64,000 nt of DNA. Source: Octopus sinensis (Eukaryota). The notes under the pieces were generated by a model. That model saw nothing but the letters and a program-made list of their open reading frames with translations, did no database searches and was not told the origin of the DNA. Location of the stretch: the NCBI RefSeq assembly GCF_006345805.1, contig NC_043015.1, positions 13,578,001-13,642,000 on the forward strand. The letters are read 5' to 3'. Shown in pieces: positions 51,558 to 62,730 of the stretch (position 1 is its first letter; each line of letters starts with the position of its first letter). Made by a program: the position numbers and the translations under genes.

Positions 51558-52244
51558 AACTATCTATGTATGTCTGTCCATGTTTGTGTTTGTCCACCAC
51601 CATCATTTGACAATCGATGTTGGTTTGTTTATAATCCCAACTTAGCAGTTCAACAAAAGAGAATGATAGAATAAGTTCTGGGCTTGGAAAAGAAAAATAG
51701 CAATGGGGGTTGATCTTTTCAATTAAACCCTTCAAGGCAGTACCCCAGTATGGCCATAGTCCAAAGACTTGAATGAGTAAGAAATAAATGACAATGACAA
51801 TCATGATTGTGTCAGCAGTGGTGGTCGAGGATGGAGGAGGTAATGTTGGGGTGGAATACTTGAAGAAGATAACTGTTGAGAGCAATGAAAACCTCATTTG
51901 TAAAAATTGAGACCACGAGAAGCCAATATTGGAACCTCTATGTGGCCACTCCACAAGCAAAAATAACCAAATCTCCCTCAAACCACACCCTATTATCTTA
52001 ATATTAGTTTGAAATTTTGGCACTAGGCCAGCAGTTTCAGTGGCGGGTTAAGTCAATTATATTGTCTCCAATGCTCAGCTGGTACTTATTTTATCAACCG
52101 CCAAAAAATGACAGGCAAAGTTGACCTCAGCAGAATTTGAACTCAGAATGTGAAGATGGATGAAATGTTGCTAAGCATCTTGCCTAATGTCCTAATGATT
52201 CTGCTGGCATTGCCACCTTACTACTATCTTAATATTAGGACAGA

Positions 52245-52830
52245 TTAAGGCAGCAAGCTGGCAGAATAGTTAGTATGCTAACTGTAGGAGTGGCTGTGTG
52301 GTAAGTTGCTTGCTTACAAACCACATGGTTCCAGGTTCAGTTCCACTGTGTGGCATCTTGGGCAAGTGTCTTCTACTATAGCCTCAGGCCGACCAAAGCC
52401 TTGTGAGTGGATTTGGTAGACGGAAACTGAAAGAAGCCCATCATATATATGTATATATACATATATATATGTGTGTGTATGTTTGTGTGTCTGTGTTTGT
52501 CCCCCCAACATTGCTTGACAACCGACGCTGGTGTGTTTACATCCCCGTAACTTAGCAGTTCGGCAAAAGAGACTGATAGAATAAGTACCAGGTTTACAAA
52601 GAATAAGTCCTGGGGTCGATTTGCTTGACTAAAGGTGGTGCTCCAGCATGGCCACAGTCAAATGACTGAAACAAGTAAAAGAGTAAAAAGAGTATGCTGG
52701 GCAAAAGACTTAGCAGTATTTCATCCAACTTCACGTTCTGAGTTCAAATTTCACTGAGGTCAGCTTTACCCTTCAACCTTTCAGGGTCGATAAAATAAGA
52801 ACCAGGTGAGTACTAAGGTCAATATAATCA
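52245..52830 (+). mobile_element. SINE A (52280-52695) nested in SINE B
   Basis: B head interrupted and then resumed; agtatgct duplicated at both junctions. Confidence 0.8.
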
Positions 52831-52932
52831 ACTTATATATGCATTTGATTTGCTGATAAAATTTGAAATCAATATTAGGGCAGATTTGATGTTGTGTCCC
52901 AAGGTACACTGGGTCAGGAAAGGAATAAAAAA

Positions 52933-53165
52933 AGAGCACTAGACTGGTCAATGATAACAGAGGAACATAGTTATCATTGACCAGTCTTGTGCTCTGAGGA
53001 ACTGAGGAACACAGTGGACAGTAAATGGGCTGGAAACTAGAGTTAATGAATGCCAAGCTGAAAGTAAACCACCCAAAAAAACAAAAAAATGGTAATAATG
53101 CTATTGTTGGGAGGTTAACTTCAAAACTTTCACCTAAATCAGACGCTTGTAGAATATTCATAACT
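52933..53165 (+). pseudogene. Inverted partial copy of the 3' end of the terminal coding exon (46750-46950)
   Basis: Encodes PKKQKNGNNAIVGRLTSKLSPKSD versus exon PKRTKNGNNTIVGRLTSKLRPKSD; ~19 differences in ~137 aligned nt by hand. Confidence 0.92.
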
Positions 53166-53767
53166 GGAATGACTTTTATGGCAAATTGGTCATTCAGAGT
53201 AGTTCAGTTGCTAAGCAACAACTGTGATAATGACAATGATAGTCAGAAAAATAATTATTCTCTATCAAGCACAAAGCTTGAAATTTTTAGCAGGTAGGGA
53301 TTGATTAATTACGTTGACCCCATTGCTCAACTGGTAATTACTCTATCGACCCCTAAGGGATGAAAGGCAAAGTCAGTCTTGGTGAATTTTCAATTCTGAA
53401 CAGAATGAGCTGCAAGAAATGCTGTTATGTATTTTATACAATGTACTAATGATTCTGCCATCTCACATCCTTTATTATCAGGGAAATAATAGCAATGATT
53501 TAATGATGGTTCTAACCAGTATAGAGACAATGACAGTCTTAGTGATTACAATAAGGTTAATGGTCATAGTGACATCACTAATGAAGTGCTGATAATGATG
53601 CTGGTAGTAATAATGGTTTCACATTTTGGCACAAGGACAGCAAGTTCGGAGAAGGACATAAGTCAATTAGATTGACCCCAGTGTTCAACTGGTACTTATT
53701 TTACCAACCCCAAAAGGATGAAAGGTAAAGTCAGTATTGGTGGTATTTAAACTCAGAATGTAAAGAG

Positions 53768-54683
53768 AGAGTGGCTGTGTGATAAGTAGGTTGCTTACCA
53801 ACTACATGGTTCCAGGTTCAGTCCCATTACGTGGCACCTTGGGCAAGTGTCTTCTACTATAGCCTCAGGCTGACCAAAGCCTTGTGAGTGGATTTGGTAG
53901 ACAGAAACTGAAAGAAGCCCATCGTATATGTGTGTGTGTGTGTGTGTGTCTGTTTTTGTCCCACCCCACAACATCGCTTGACAACCAATGCTGGTGTGTT
54001 TATGTCCCCGTAACTTAGTGGTTCGGCAAAAGAGACTGATAGAATAAGTGCTGGGCTTACAAAGGATAAGTCCTGGGGTTGATTTGCTTGACTAAAGGTG
54101 GTGCTCCAGCATGGCCACAGTCAAATGACTGAAACAAGTAAAAGAGTAAAAGAGAGATGGAATGCCACTAAGCATTTTCCCCAGTGTGCTAATGATTCTG
54201 CCAGCTCACTGCCTTATACGATGGCTGTAATAATAGCATTGGTTTCAAATTTTGGCAGAAGGCCAACAATTTCAGTGGAGGGGTTAAGTTGATTACATCG
54301 ATCCCAGTTTTCAACTGATATTTATTTTATCAATCCCTGAAGGGTGAAAGGAAAATTCAACCTCAGCGGAATTTGTAAAAACGATTCTAGCAATAACAAT
54401 GTGGTATGGGTAATAGACATGTAATTAAGAAGTTTGATTACACTACTTAGTATCTTGGCCAAGCATTGCCTATAGGCAATATTTTACATAGGTGCAGGCA
54501 TGGTTGTGTGGTAAGAAGCTTGCTTCCCAACGAGATGGTTCAGAGGTTCAGTCCCACTGTGTGGCATCTTTTGGGCTAGTGTCTTCTACTATAGCTTCAG
54601 GCTAACCAAAGCCTTCTGAGTGGATTTGGAATTGGGAGACATAAACTGAAGGAAACCTGTCATGTGTGTGTGTATATATAAAC

Positions 54684-54723
<40 letters not shown>

Positions 54724-55365
54724 GGGGGGTGGAGGGGGAGAGAGAAAGAGAGAGGACTGTGTTTGTCCTCCACTATCACTTGACCATTGGTATTGGTGGA
54801 TTAACATCCTGGTAACTTAGCGATTCAGTAACAGAGTCTGATAGAATAATAAACAGGCTTTAAAAAATTCAAAAATAAGTACTGGGGTTGATTCATTCAA
54901 CTAAAAATTCTTTAAAGCAGCACCCCAGCATGGCTGCAGTCTAATGACTGGAAAAAGTCAAAGATGAAAGATAAAATATGCACAGGAGTGGCTGTGTGGT
55001 AAGTAGCTTGCTTACCAACCACATGGTTCTGGTTTCAGTCCCACTGCGTGGCACCTTAGGCAAGTGTCTTCTATTATAGCCTCAAGCTGACCAAAGCCTT
55101 GTGAGTGGATTTGGTAGACAGAAACTAAAAGAAGCCTGTCGTATATATGTATACATATATGTGTGTGTGTTCGTGTTTGTCTCCCCAACATTGCTTGACA
55201 ACCGATGCTGGTGTTTTTATGTCCCTGTAATTTAGCAGTTCGGCAAAAGAGACCAATAGAATAAGTACTAGGCTTACAAAGAATAAGTCCTGGGGTTGAT
55301 TTGCTCGATTAAAGGCGGTGCTCCAGCATGGCCACAGTCAAATGACTGAAACAAGTAGAAGAGTA
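53768..55365 (+). mobile_element. Cluster of SINE A copies (53768-54153, 54488-54960, 54980-55365) interleaved with SINE B variants
   Basis: Repeated heads and tails; CpG sites mostly converted to TpG/CpA. Confidence 0.9.
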
Positions 55366-55745
55366 TGCATGCCCTCCCTGTCATCAATACTCACTTGTTT
55401 TTTGAGTAAGAAATCTCTTCCATTTATTTAACCTCCCTTCACAAGTGCAGAACAACTACAGGACATATTGTTCACGGAAAATGTAAAAATGACATCACTG
55501 TTATGCTCAATTATGACATATGAAAACAAGTGGAATGTAATCATTCATGAATGCTTACACATATATGCAATTATGCACACATGTCTGCACGTATACATAT
55601 GTATATCACATACCCACCCACACACACATATATAAATATACATATACATAAAGACACACATAGATATATATGCACACTCACACACATACATATGCCATAG
55701 GTGCATGGTTAAGAAGCCTGCTTTGCAACTGCATGGTTTCAAATT

Positions 55746-55801
55746 CAGATGCAATTTTATGTGTGTGTGTATGTATACACACACACATAAAATTGCATCT
55801 G
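55746..55801. repeat. Perfect palindrome (27-bp arms, 2-nt centre) truncating a SINE A head
   Basis: cagatgcaattttatgtgtgtgtgtat-gt-atacacacacacataaaattgcatctg. Confidence 0.95.
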
Positions 55802-55807
55802 TTCCTG

Positions 55808-55981
55808 TACGATAAGAAATAAATGAAATACTTATATCCACCCAGAATAGTTCACACATGTGCTGAGGCTGGCTAAAGGATTTTACATTTAGATATAACT
55901 GGGTACTTGTGAGTACTCGTGACTCTTGCTTATGCTTTTTTCCATGGGTGCGTATAAGTATTTCATTTATTTCTTATCGTA
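55808..55981. mobile_element. 174-bp TA-flanked MITE with perfect 29-bp terminal inverted repeats
   Basis: tacgataagaaataaatgaaatacttata is the reverse complement of 55953-55981. Confidence 0.85.
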
Positions 55982-56334
55982 TTTTCTACTGAAGAGGGAA
56001 GAATCCATAGGATTAATTCTGAAATTGATTCAATATAGAAATAACGAACTTTAAAAAAAAATTCTATTGGCTAGCTTTCCTCGATTTCAGCACATGTATT
56101 TATAGTGAATGCATAATGAAATGTAGAAACTGACGATTTAAAGTCTGTTATCAGCATATTGGCATAGAAATAAAGTTTCTTTTGCCCTTGTTTATAAGTT
56201 ATTTATAATTTTAACTTTTAAAGGTATTTTAATATGCTGCCACTTTTGATGAAATTTTTTTCTGAAAAAATTTTATCCTATATTAGTAGTAGTAGTACAT
56301 ATATATATATATACACACACATAGGAGGGAGATC

Positions 56335-56735
56335 AAGGCACAGGCATAGTTGTGTGTTTAACAAGTTTGCTTCCCAATCACATGGTGCCAGTTTCAGTCC
56401 CAATGCTTGGTATCTCAGGCAAGTGTCTTCTACTATAGCCTCAGGCTAACCAAAGCTTTATGAGTAGATTTAGTAGACAGAAACTGCAAGAAGTCTGTCA
56501 TGTGTGTATGTGTGTGTGTGTGTCCTTCAGTCTGTGTTTGTCCCTCCAACATCACTTGACACCCGATGCTGGTGTGTTTACGTATCCGTAACTTAGCAGT
56601 TCAGCAAAGGAGACCAATCGAATAAGTACTAGGCTTACAAAGAATAATTCCTGGGTCAATTTGCTCAACTAAAGGCGGTGCTCCACCATTGCTACATTCA
56701 AATGACTGAAACAAGTAAAAGAGTAAAAGAGTGTA
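56335..56735 (+). mobile_element. SINE family A
   Basis: Full head-to-tail copy; further plus-strand copies at 51583-51770, 58410-58590, 59240-59690, 59740-59900. Confidence 0.9.
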
Positions 56736-57982
56736 TGATTAAGAGCCCCCATGTAGATTATGATTATCGTGTCAGCTTCCTGAATGGTGATTAGTCTAAT
56801 TCTGTACTTAACAATATTACCTGTTATGATATACAGAGCATAAGTAGTGGAATTTAAGATAAATGCCAGTATAAATATTCAATTCATACATATGTTTCCC
56901 CACTGCATTTATTTAGAACACAGTGTTAGATGTTCCAAGTGCATTTAGATGTGTCTGTGTGTACGTGTGTGTGTGTGTGTGTGTGTGTTGTGTGTGTGTG
57001 TGTGTGTGTGTTCATGTGTGTGTGTGTGTGTGTGTTAGTGTGTGTGTTGCCATGTCTTGACATTAGAGTATAGTTACAAGCAAGTGTGCTCTTCATATAT
57101 GTAATAGAGTCCCTCATTTCCAGTCTTCCATGAAAACATGTCCCTCCACAAAGAAATGTTACCCTGCTTGGAAACAAGTGACAGGAAGGGCATCCAACCA
57201 TAGAAAATCTACCTCAACAAATTCAGTCTGATCCATGCAAGCATGAAAAAGTGGAAGTTAAAATGATGACAACAGTAGTGGTGGTGGTGGTGGTGGTGGT
57301 GGTGGTGAGGAGGAGGAGGTATAGAAGGAAGAGGGAGATCAAGGCTTACAGTTTTAAGATTGAGGGCTTAAAGCATATGGTCCTTTTTTTTCAAGATGGT
57401 AGAGAATTTGTTGAGACAATTTCTAATGCTGGGTTTATGAAATATTTCTGTGTGATATCATAATATTTTGAACTAAATAATGACCAACATAGATTAATAT
57501 TTCAAAGTCACTGAGTTGAATAACAAAGATTATGAACCCTTTTAGTGGTAATCAATGACCAACAAATTTTAGAACTCAAACAAGTGCTAACCAATAAGCA
57601 ATATGAAATAACATCTTTGCATAGAACTAGAGAAATGACTAGGTTTAGTAACTCTGACTTGTAAAAGCAAATGATTAACACAGGCTTAACACTTTAACTA
57701 GTAATACTAACAAGTAATACTAACTAGAACTGAGCTATTATACAGTAGTTTATGCTATGTAACATACTTGTTTGTGAATATAAAAAAAAAAAATTAGTCA
57801 CTTGCTAGATGTGAATAGAACATTTTTCTGAAAAGAAGTAGCATAAAAACGATATCAAAATAGCAATTTATAATGAATAAAGCATTCAAATTTGATATAA
57901 AAGGCTGAGAAAACATATGACAATACATGTTACAGCTTACAATGATTCATAACTAAAGGTCTGATGTGTATAGTTTCTTTGA

Positions 57983-58345
57983 GGAGGCGCAATGGCCCAG
58001 TGGTTAGGACAGCGGACTCGCGGTCGTAGGATCGCGGTTTCGATTCCCAGACCGGGCGTTGTGAGTGTTTATTGAGCAAAAACACCTAAAGCTCCACGAG
58101 GCTCCGGCAGGAATGGTGGTGATCCCTGCTGTACTCTTTCACCACAACTCTCTCTCACTCTTACTTCCTGTTTCTGTTGTACCTGTATTTCAAAGGGCCG
58201 GCCTTGTCACTCTCTGTGTCATGCTGAATATCCCCAAGAACTACGTTAAGGGTACACGTGTCTGTGGAGTGCTCAGCCACTTACACGTTAATTTCACGAG
58301 CAGGCTCAACCGGAACCCTCATCGTCGTAACCGACGGAGTACTTC
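57983..58345 (+). mobile_element. tRNA-derived SINE (family C variant)
   Basis: Homologous to 15581-15962. Confidence 0.9.
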
Positions 58346-58600
58346 CATCCATAGTTTCTTTGAAACATTCACTGTCAAAAGATCTGAGTTTATTATAAAA
58401 ACTTTGCAGATATGACTGTGTGGTTACGAAGCTTGCCTTCCAACCATATGGTCTTGAATTTAGTCCCACTGAGTAGCACTTTGTAGCACAATCCCACTGT
58501 GTAGCAAGTATTTTTTACTTGCCTCAGGGCTGACCAAAGTTTTGTGAATGGATTTGGTAGACAGAAGCTGAAAGAAACCCATTGTGTATGTATATATATA

Positions 58601-59225
58601 CTAGCTGTTGCACCCTACATTGCTCATGTTTTCCATGTTGAAGTTAAGTCCACTTCTGACCATTGAAATTTTACACGTGATTACAGTTCATGTCAATTAG
58701 TTGATGCCAGCTCTGGAATTAATTAAAACCTTTACTGTCTCCCCTACCACAAAATTTACCTAAATCTCAAATTTCATTAAAATTGAATAAAAAATATAAA
58801 AGTTATGGCCAAAAATAAAATCCCTATGGGTATTTGCTTGCAAAAAGCCTATTGATTTTATAAAACCACTGCCCAGGCGTAATTATCGATTTTTTGTCAA
58901 TGCCATATACTGACATCAACTCACTGCCATGAGCCTCACTCACTCATTGATTTTCATCAAAATCAGACAAAAAATGCAAAAGTTGTAGGAAAAATAACAT
59001 CGTTATGGGAATTTCCATTCAAATGCCCTATTGAGCTCACAAAAATCGATGCCAACTGAGCCTTATCGAGTTTTCGAAAAATTTCTGGTCTTATTTGAAC
59101 TTCAGGGTATGGGATCTACCTATGCGCCAAAAATCATTAAAATCGGTTGGACAGTGTGGGAGGCGTTAGAGTAACCCCAAACACACACACACACAGACAG
59201 AGACCATTACACATTTATGTATATA
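58601..59225 (-). mobile_element. Short non-autonomous Helitron-like element
   Basis: 3' end ...CAGCTAG|T at 58601, similar to the 3758 end; 5' end with (TA)n/gtctgtgtg leader; internal degenerate tandem repeats. Confidence 0.55.
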
Positions 59226-59691
59226 TATATATACATATATGTGCAGGCGTGAGTTTGTAGGTATAGGCATAGGAATGGCTTTATAGGTACAGGCATCACT
59301 TTATAAGAAGCTTGCTTCCAACTATATAGTTCTGGGTTCAGTCCCACTGCGTGGCACCTTGGGCAAGTGTTTTCTACTGTAACCTCAGGCCAACCAAAGC
59401 CTCGTGAGTGGATTTGGTAGACAGAAACTGAAAGAAGCCTGTTGTATGTATATGTAGACATCTATATGTGTGTGTCTTTGTATCTGTGTTTGTCCCCCAT
59501 CACCATTTGACAACTGGTGTTGGTGTGTTAATGCTACCGTAACTTAGTAGTTCAGCAAAAGAGACTGATAGAATAAGTACAAGGCTTAAAATATAAGTCT
59601 TGGGGTCGATTTCTTCAACTAAAACCCCACAGGGCAGTGCTCCATCATGGCCATAATCAAATGACTGAAACAAGTAAAAGAATAAAAGAAA

Positions 59692-59727
<36 letters not shown>

Positions 59728-60289
59728 GTATGTGAAGGTGTGTGTCCAAGTGTGTGCCTTTGTGCTTATGTTTGTCTGCCACCACTGCTTAACAACTAGT
59801 GTTGGTTTGTTTACATCCCTGTAACTTGGCAGTATGGCAAAAAAAAATGATGGAATAGGTACCAAGTTTTGAAAAATTAGTACTGGGTTCAATCTGTTCA
59901 ACTAAGTGAAACTAGTAAAAGAAAAAATAAAGATATAATAAAATAAGTTAGTTTACAAGAGGAAGAGAAGATACTTGATGTTTCAGGTAGAACCACTTCA
60001 TCATACTTATCATTTACCAATGTTAGTTTCAAAACTAGCTTCATTGGATTCTACTGTTTTCCTAAGTTTATTACAGAATTAACAAATACATGGATTTAAA
60101 TAATTCTATTGTTATGTTACTGGCTTTCCAAATACAGTACCAGGCAGTGACTCACATGGCTTCTGATTTTAACTGATTGGAAGTGTTATTATGTACATGA
60201 TTTTGTCTTGGTGTAAAAGATGGGCTATAGCAAATATTCTGCTAAGCATCTTGCCCTAGCATGCTAACGATTCTGCCAGCTTGCCATCC

Positions 60290-60379
<90 letters not shown>

Positions 60380-60410
60380 TGATTGATAACAATAATAATG
60401 ATGATGATGG

Positions 60411-60480
<70 letters not shown>
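60290..60480. repeat. (AAT)n-(GAT)n-(AAT)n microsatellite
   Basis: Direct reading. Confidence 0.97.
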
Positions 60481-60482
<2 letters not shown>

Positions 60483-61012
60483 GCTCTCATGGCTTCTGAT
60501 CTTAACTGATTGGAAGTGTTATCATGTACATTGTTTTGTCTTGGTATAAAAGATGGGCTACAGCAAATATTCTGCTCAATACCACAGATTTGTTTGTCAG
60601 TTGTTTGACCTAACCAGTTGAGCATGTCCCTTAGTGGCTGACGATATGTGCATCTCTGATCACGAGCAGAAGTAGTGGGGGAGCATCATAGCCATGTGTT
60701 GAGAGGGATTCTTTGGGGTTTGAATAGTTCACCTCTGGAAACATGGGTGGTTCTTTCAACATCCTTAAACAACTCTTATTCAGGGACCGTTTGAGCGGGA
60801 TGGGCTACTCAACTGAAGAAAATTCTAACTGGGCCCCACCTGCAAGGTCATGTGCTGTTTATCTTGATATGAGATGACCATGTCGCGCACATATGGTTGT
60901 GATGCATGTGCCTGGTGTACCTTTATCAGACGGGTAGTCATGATGGGTATATTGGGCTTCGTATATTTTACCCCAGTGTCACTTTGATGGCATGAACTGC
61001 TCTCTCACTCAA
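60481..61012 (-). mobile_element. Inverted second copy of the 201-790 repeat
   Basis: Reverse complement aligns along the whole length with scattered substitutions. Confidence 0.9.
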
Positions 61013-61400
61013 TAATAATAATAATAATAATAAGGATAATGATAATAATGCCTGAAAGTAACTTAAATACCATAAAGCACAAAAATTAAAACCGTGATAT
61101 ATTGTCATCACTGTTGCAGTCGTCATCATCATCATCATCAACATCATCATCATCATTGTCGTCATCATCATTGTCGTCATCATCATCATTATCAATGAAA
61201 CATGAAAACAATTTTTTAGGTTTTCATTTACATGAGATGGAGGTAAGCACTGTAGCTAGGTTGGATTAATCCCCACACACATATCCCTTTGCACCTGCCA
61301 TTGTTCGTATTGTTGTCTTATGTACCTAAAGGCAATTGCTAACACTTTTTTAAGTTGATTAACATAAGATAAATACCCATGTGTTCAGAGCAAGACTTAC

Positions 61401-61567
61401 ACTAGTTTGTTAATCAGCGAACAGTTTTGTCTGATGAAACTATAAACGAAGCCAATGGCTTGAACAGGCTCAAAGAGCAGGTGATTCTGGCTGATGAAGC
61501 ACATCATGTCAAAACACCTTTGTCCTAGAATTCCTTGTACCAATGAGCTGAGTGCATTATGAACACA
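61401..61567 (-). CDS. Candidate internal coding exon (167 nt) of the minus-strand gene
   Basis: Acceptor ttccttttatgatgacag| and donor |gtaagt; open frame CVHNALSSLVQGILGQRCFDMMCFISQNHLLFEPVQAIGFVYSFIRQNCSLINKL; unique non-repeat sequence. No family recognised. Confidence 0.4.
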
Positions 61568-61789
61568 CTGTCATCATAAAAGGAAGTTGTTCTGTGATAT
61601 ACACAACTGGGACTATCATATTTGTGTTTGAATCTGCTAGAACTTAATTTTAATGCCTCTGTCCTGACAGCGATACAAAAATAATGACCAGACATAGATT
61701 TCCACTGTTTCTTGCTTTCTAATCTTGCATTTCTTTGCTTCATTCACTAGGGCACAAGTGCATAGGCAGAGGTTATCGGTGTCATCATC

Positions 61790-62730
61790 TCATCTTTTAA
61801 CGTCTGTTCTTCATGCTGGCATGGGTTGGACGCTTTGACAGAAGATGGCCAGCTGAAGAGCTATCTAGCTTCCATTTGTCTGTTTATGCATGGTTTCTAT
61901 AGTCGCATGCCTTCCTAATGCCAACCACTTTACAGAGAATACTGAGTGATTTTGTGGGACTGGCACAGGCACTTTTATGTGACCCCAGCATGGGTGCTTT
62001 TATGAAGCACTGGCATGGGTGAATTTACACCCACAAGCCTGCAAGACCAGGATCTCTTAGTTGAGAGAGGGATGTAGAGGACATGCCTGTATGCATAAAC
62101 AACCACAATTTTACTTAGCTTGGCATATCTTCTCAAGCACAGCAAACAGCCAACAGTCTCGGTCCCTTGTCATCTCTGTAAGGCCTTTCTCTCCTTTCTC
62201 ACAACTTCATCCCATCAACTGACTATACCAGCACAATCTTTTCTTTTGAACACTACATCTAATGCCTCATGTACCCAATGCTTCTCTCAAATCACTTACA
62301 ATCTGACATACACACTCACTGATATTACCCATCCAGCAGAGCATGTTGATTGCATTTCTTTGAAACCTTCACATATCCTCAGTAGTCACAGTCCATGTCT
62401 CACTGCCATTTAGCATAGCTGTTCATACACAGGTATCATATAATCTGCTTTTCACTCTGAGGGAGAGGCCCTTTGTTACCAGCAAATATAGCAGTTCTCT
62501 GAACTCTGCCCAACCTGTTCTTATTCTAACAACTATGCTTTCAGAACTAACTTGGTCACCTAAGTAACAAAAACTGTCTACCACTTTTAAGGATGCTTTA
62601 GGACATTTGAGGGAATCTATTTTTTTGTACATTCCTGGTGTTTAATGTACCTGCACATCTGCCTCATATAAAGACTACTTTCTCTTTTAACCTTCCTGTG
62701 ATACTGTTGCGCCTCTTATGTGTCCATAGC
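61790..62730 (-). mobile_element. Older RTE LINE 3' part, same family as 49652-51557
   Basis: VVDSFCYLGDQVS..RIRTGWAEFRELL.LLVTKGLSLRVKSRLYDTCV; shared 3' tail. Confidence 0.85.

Noticed and set aside
61405-61530. Plus-strand ILADEAHHVK as an SNF2/DEAH helicase gene
   Set aside because: A stop follows within five codons and no other helicase motifs are present; kept only as an alternative reading of the candidate exon.
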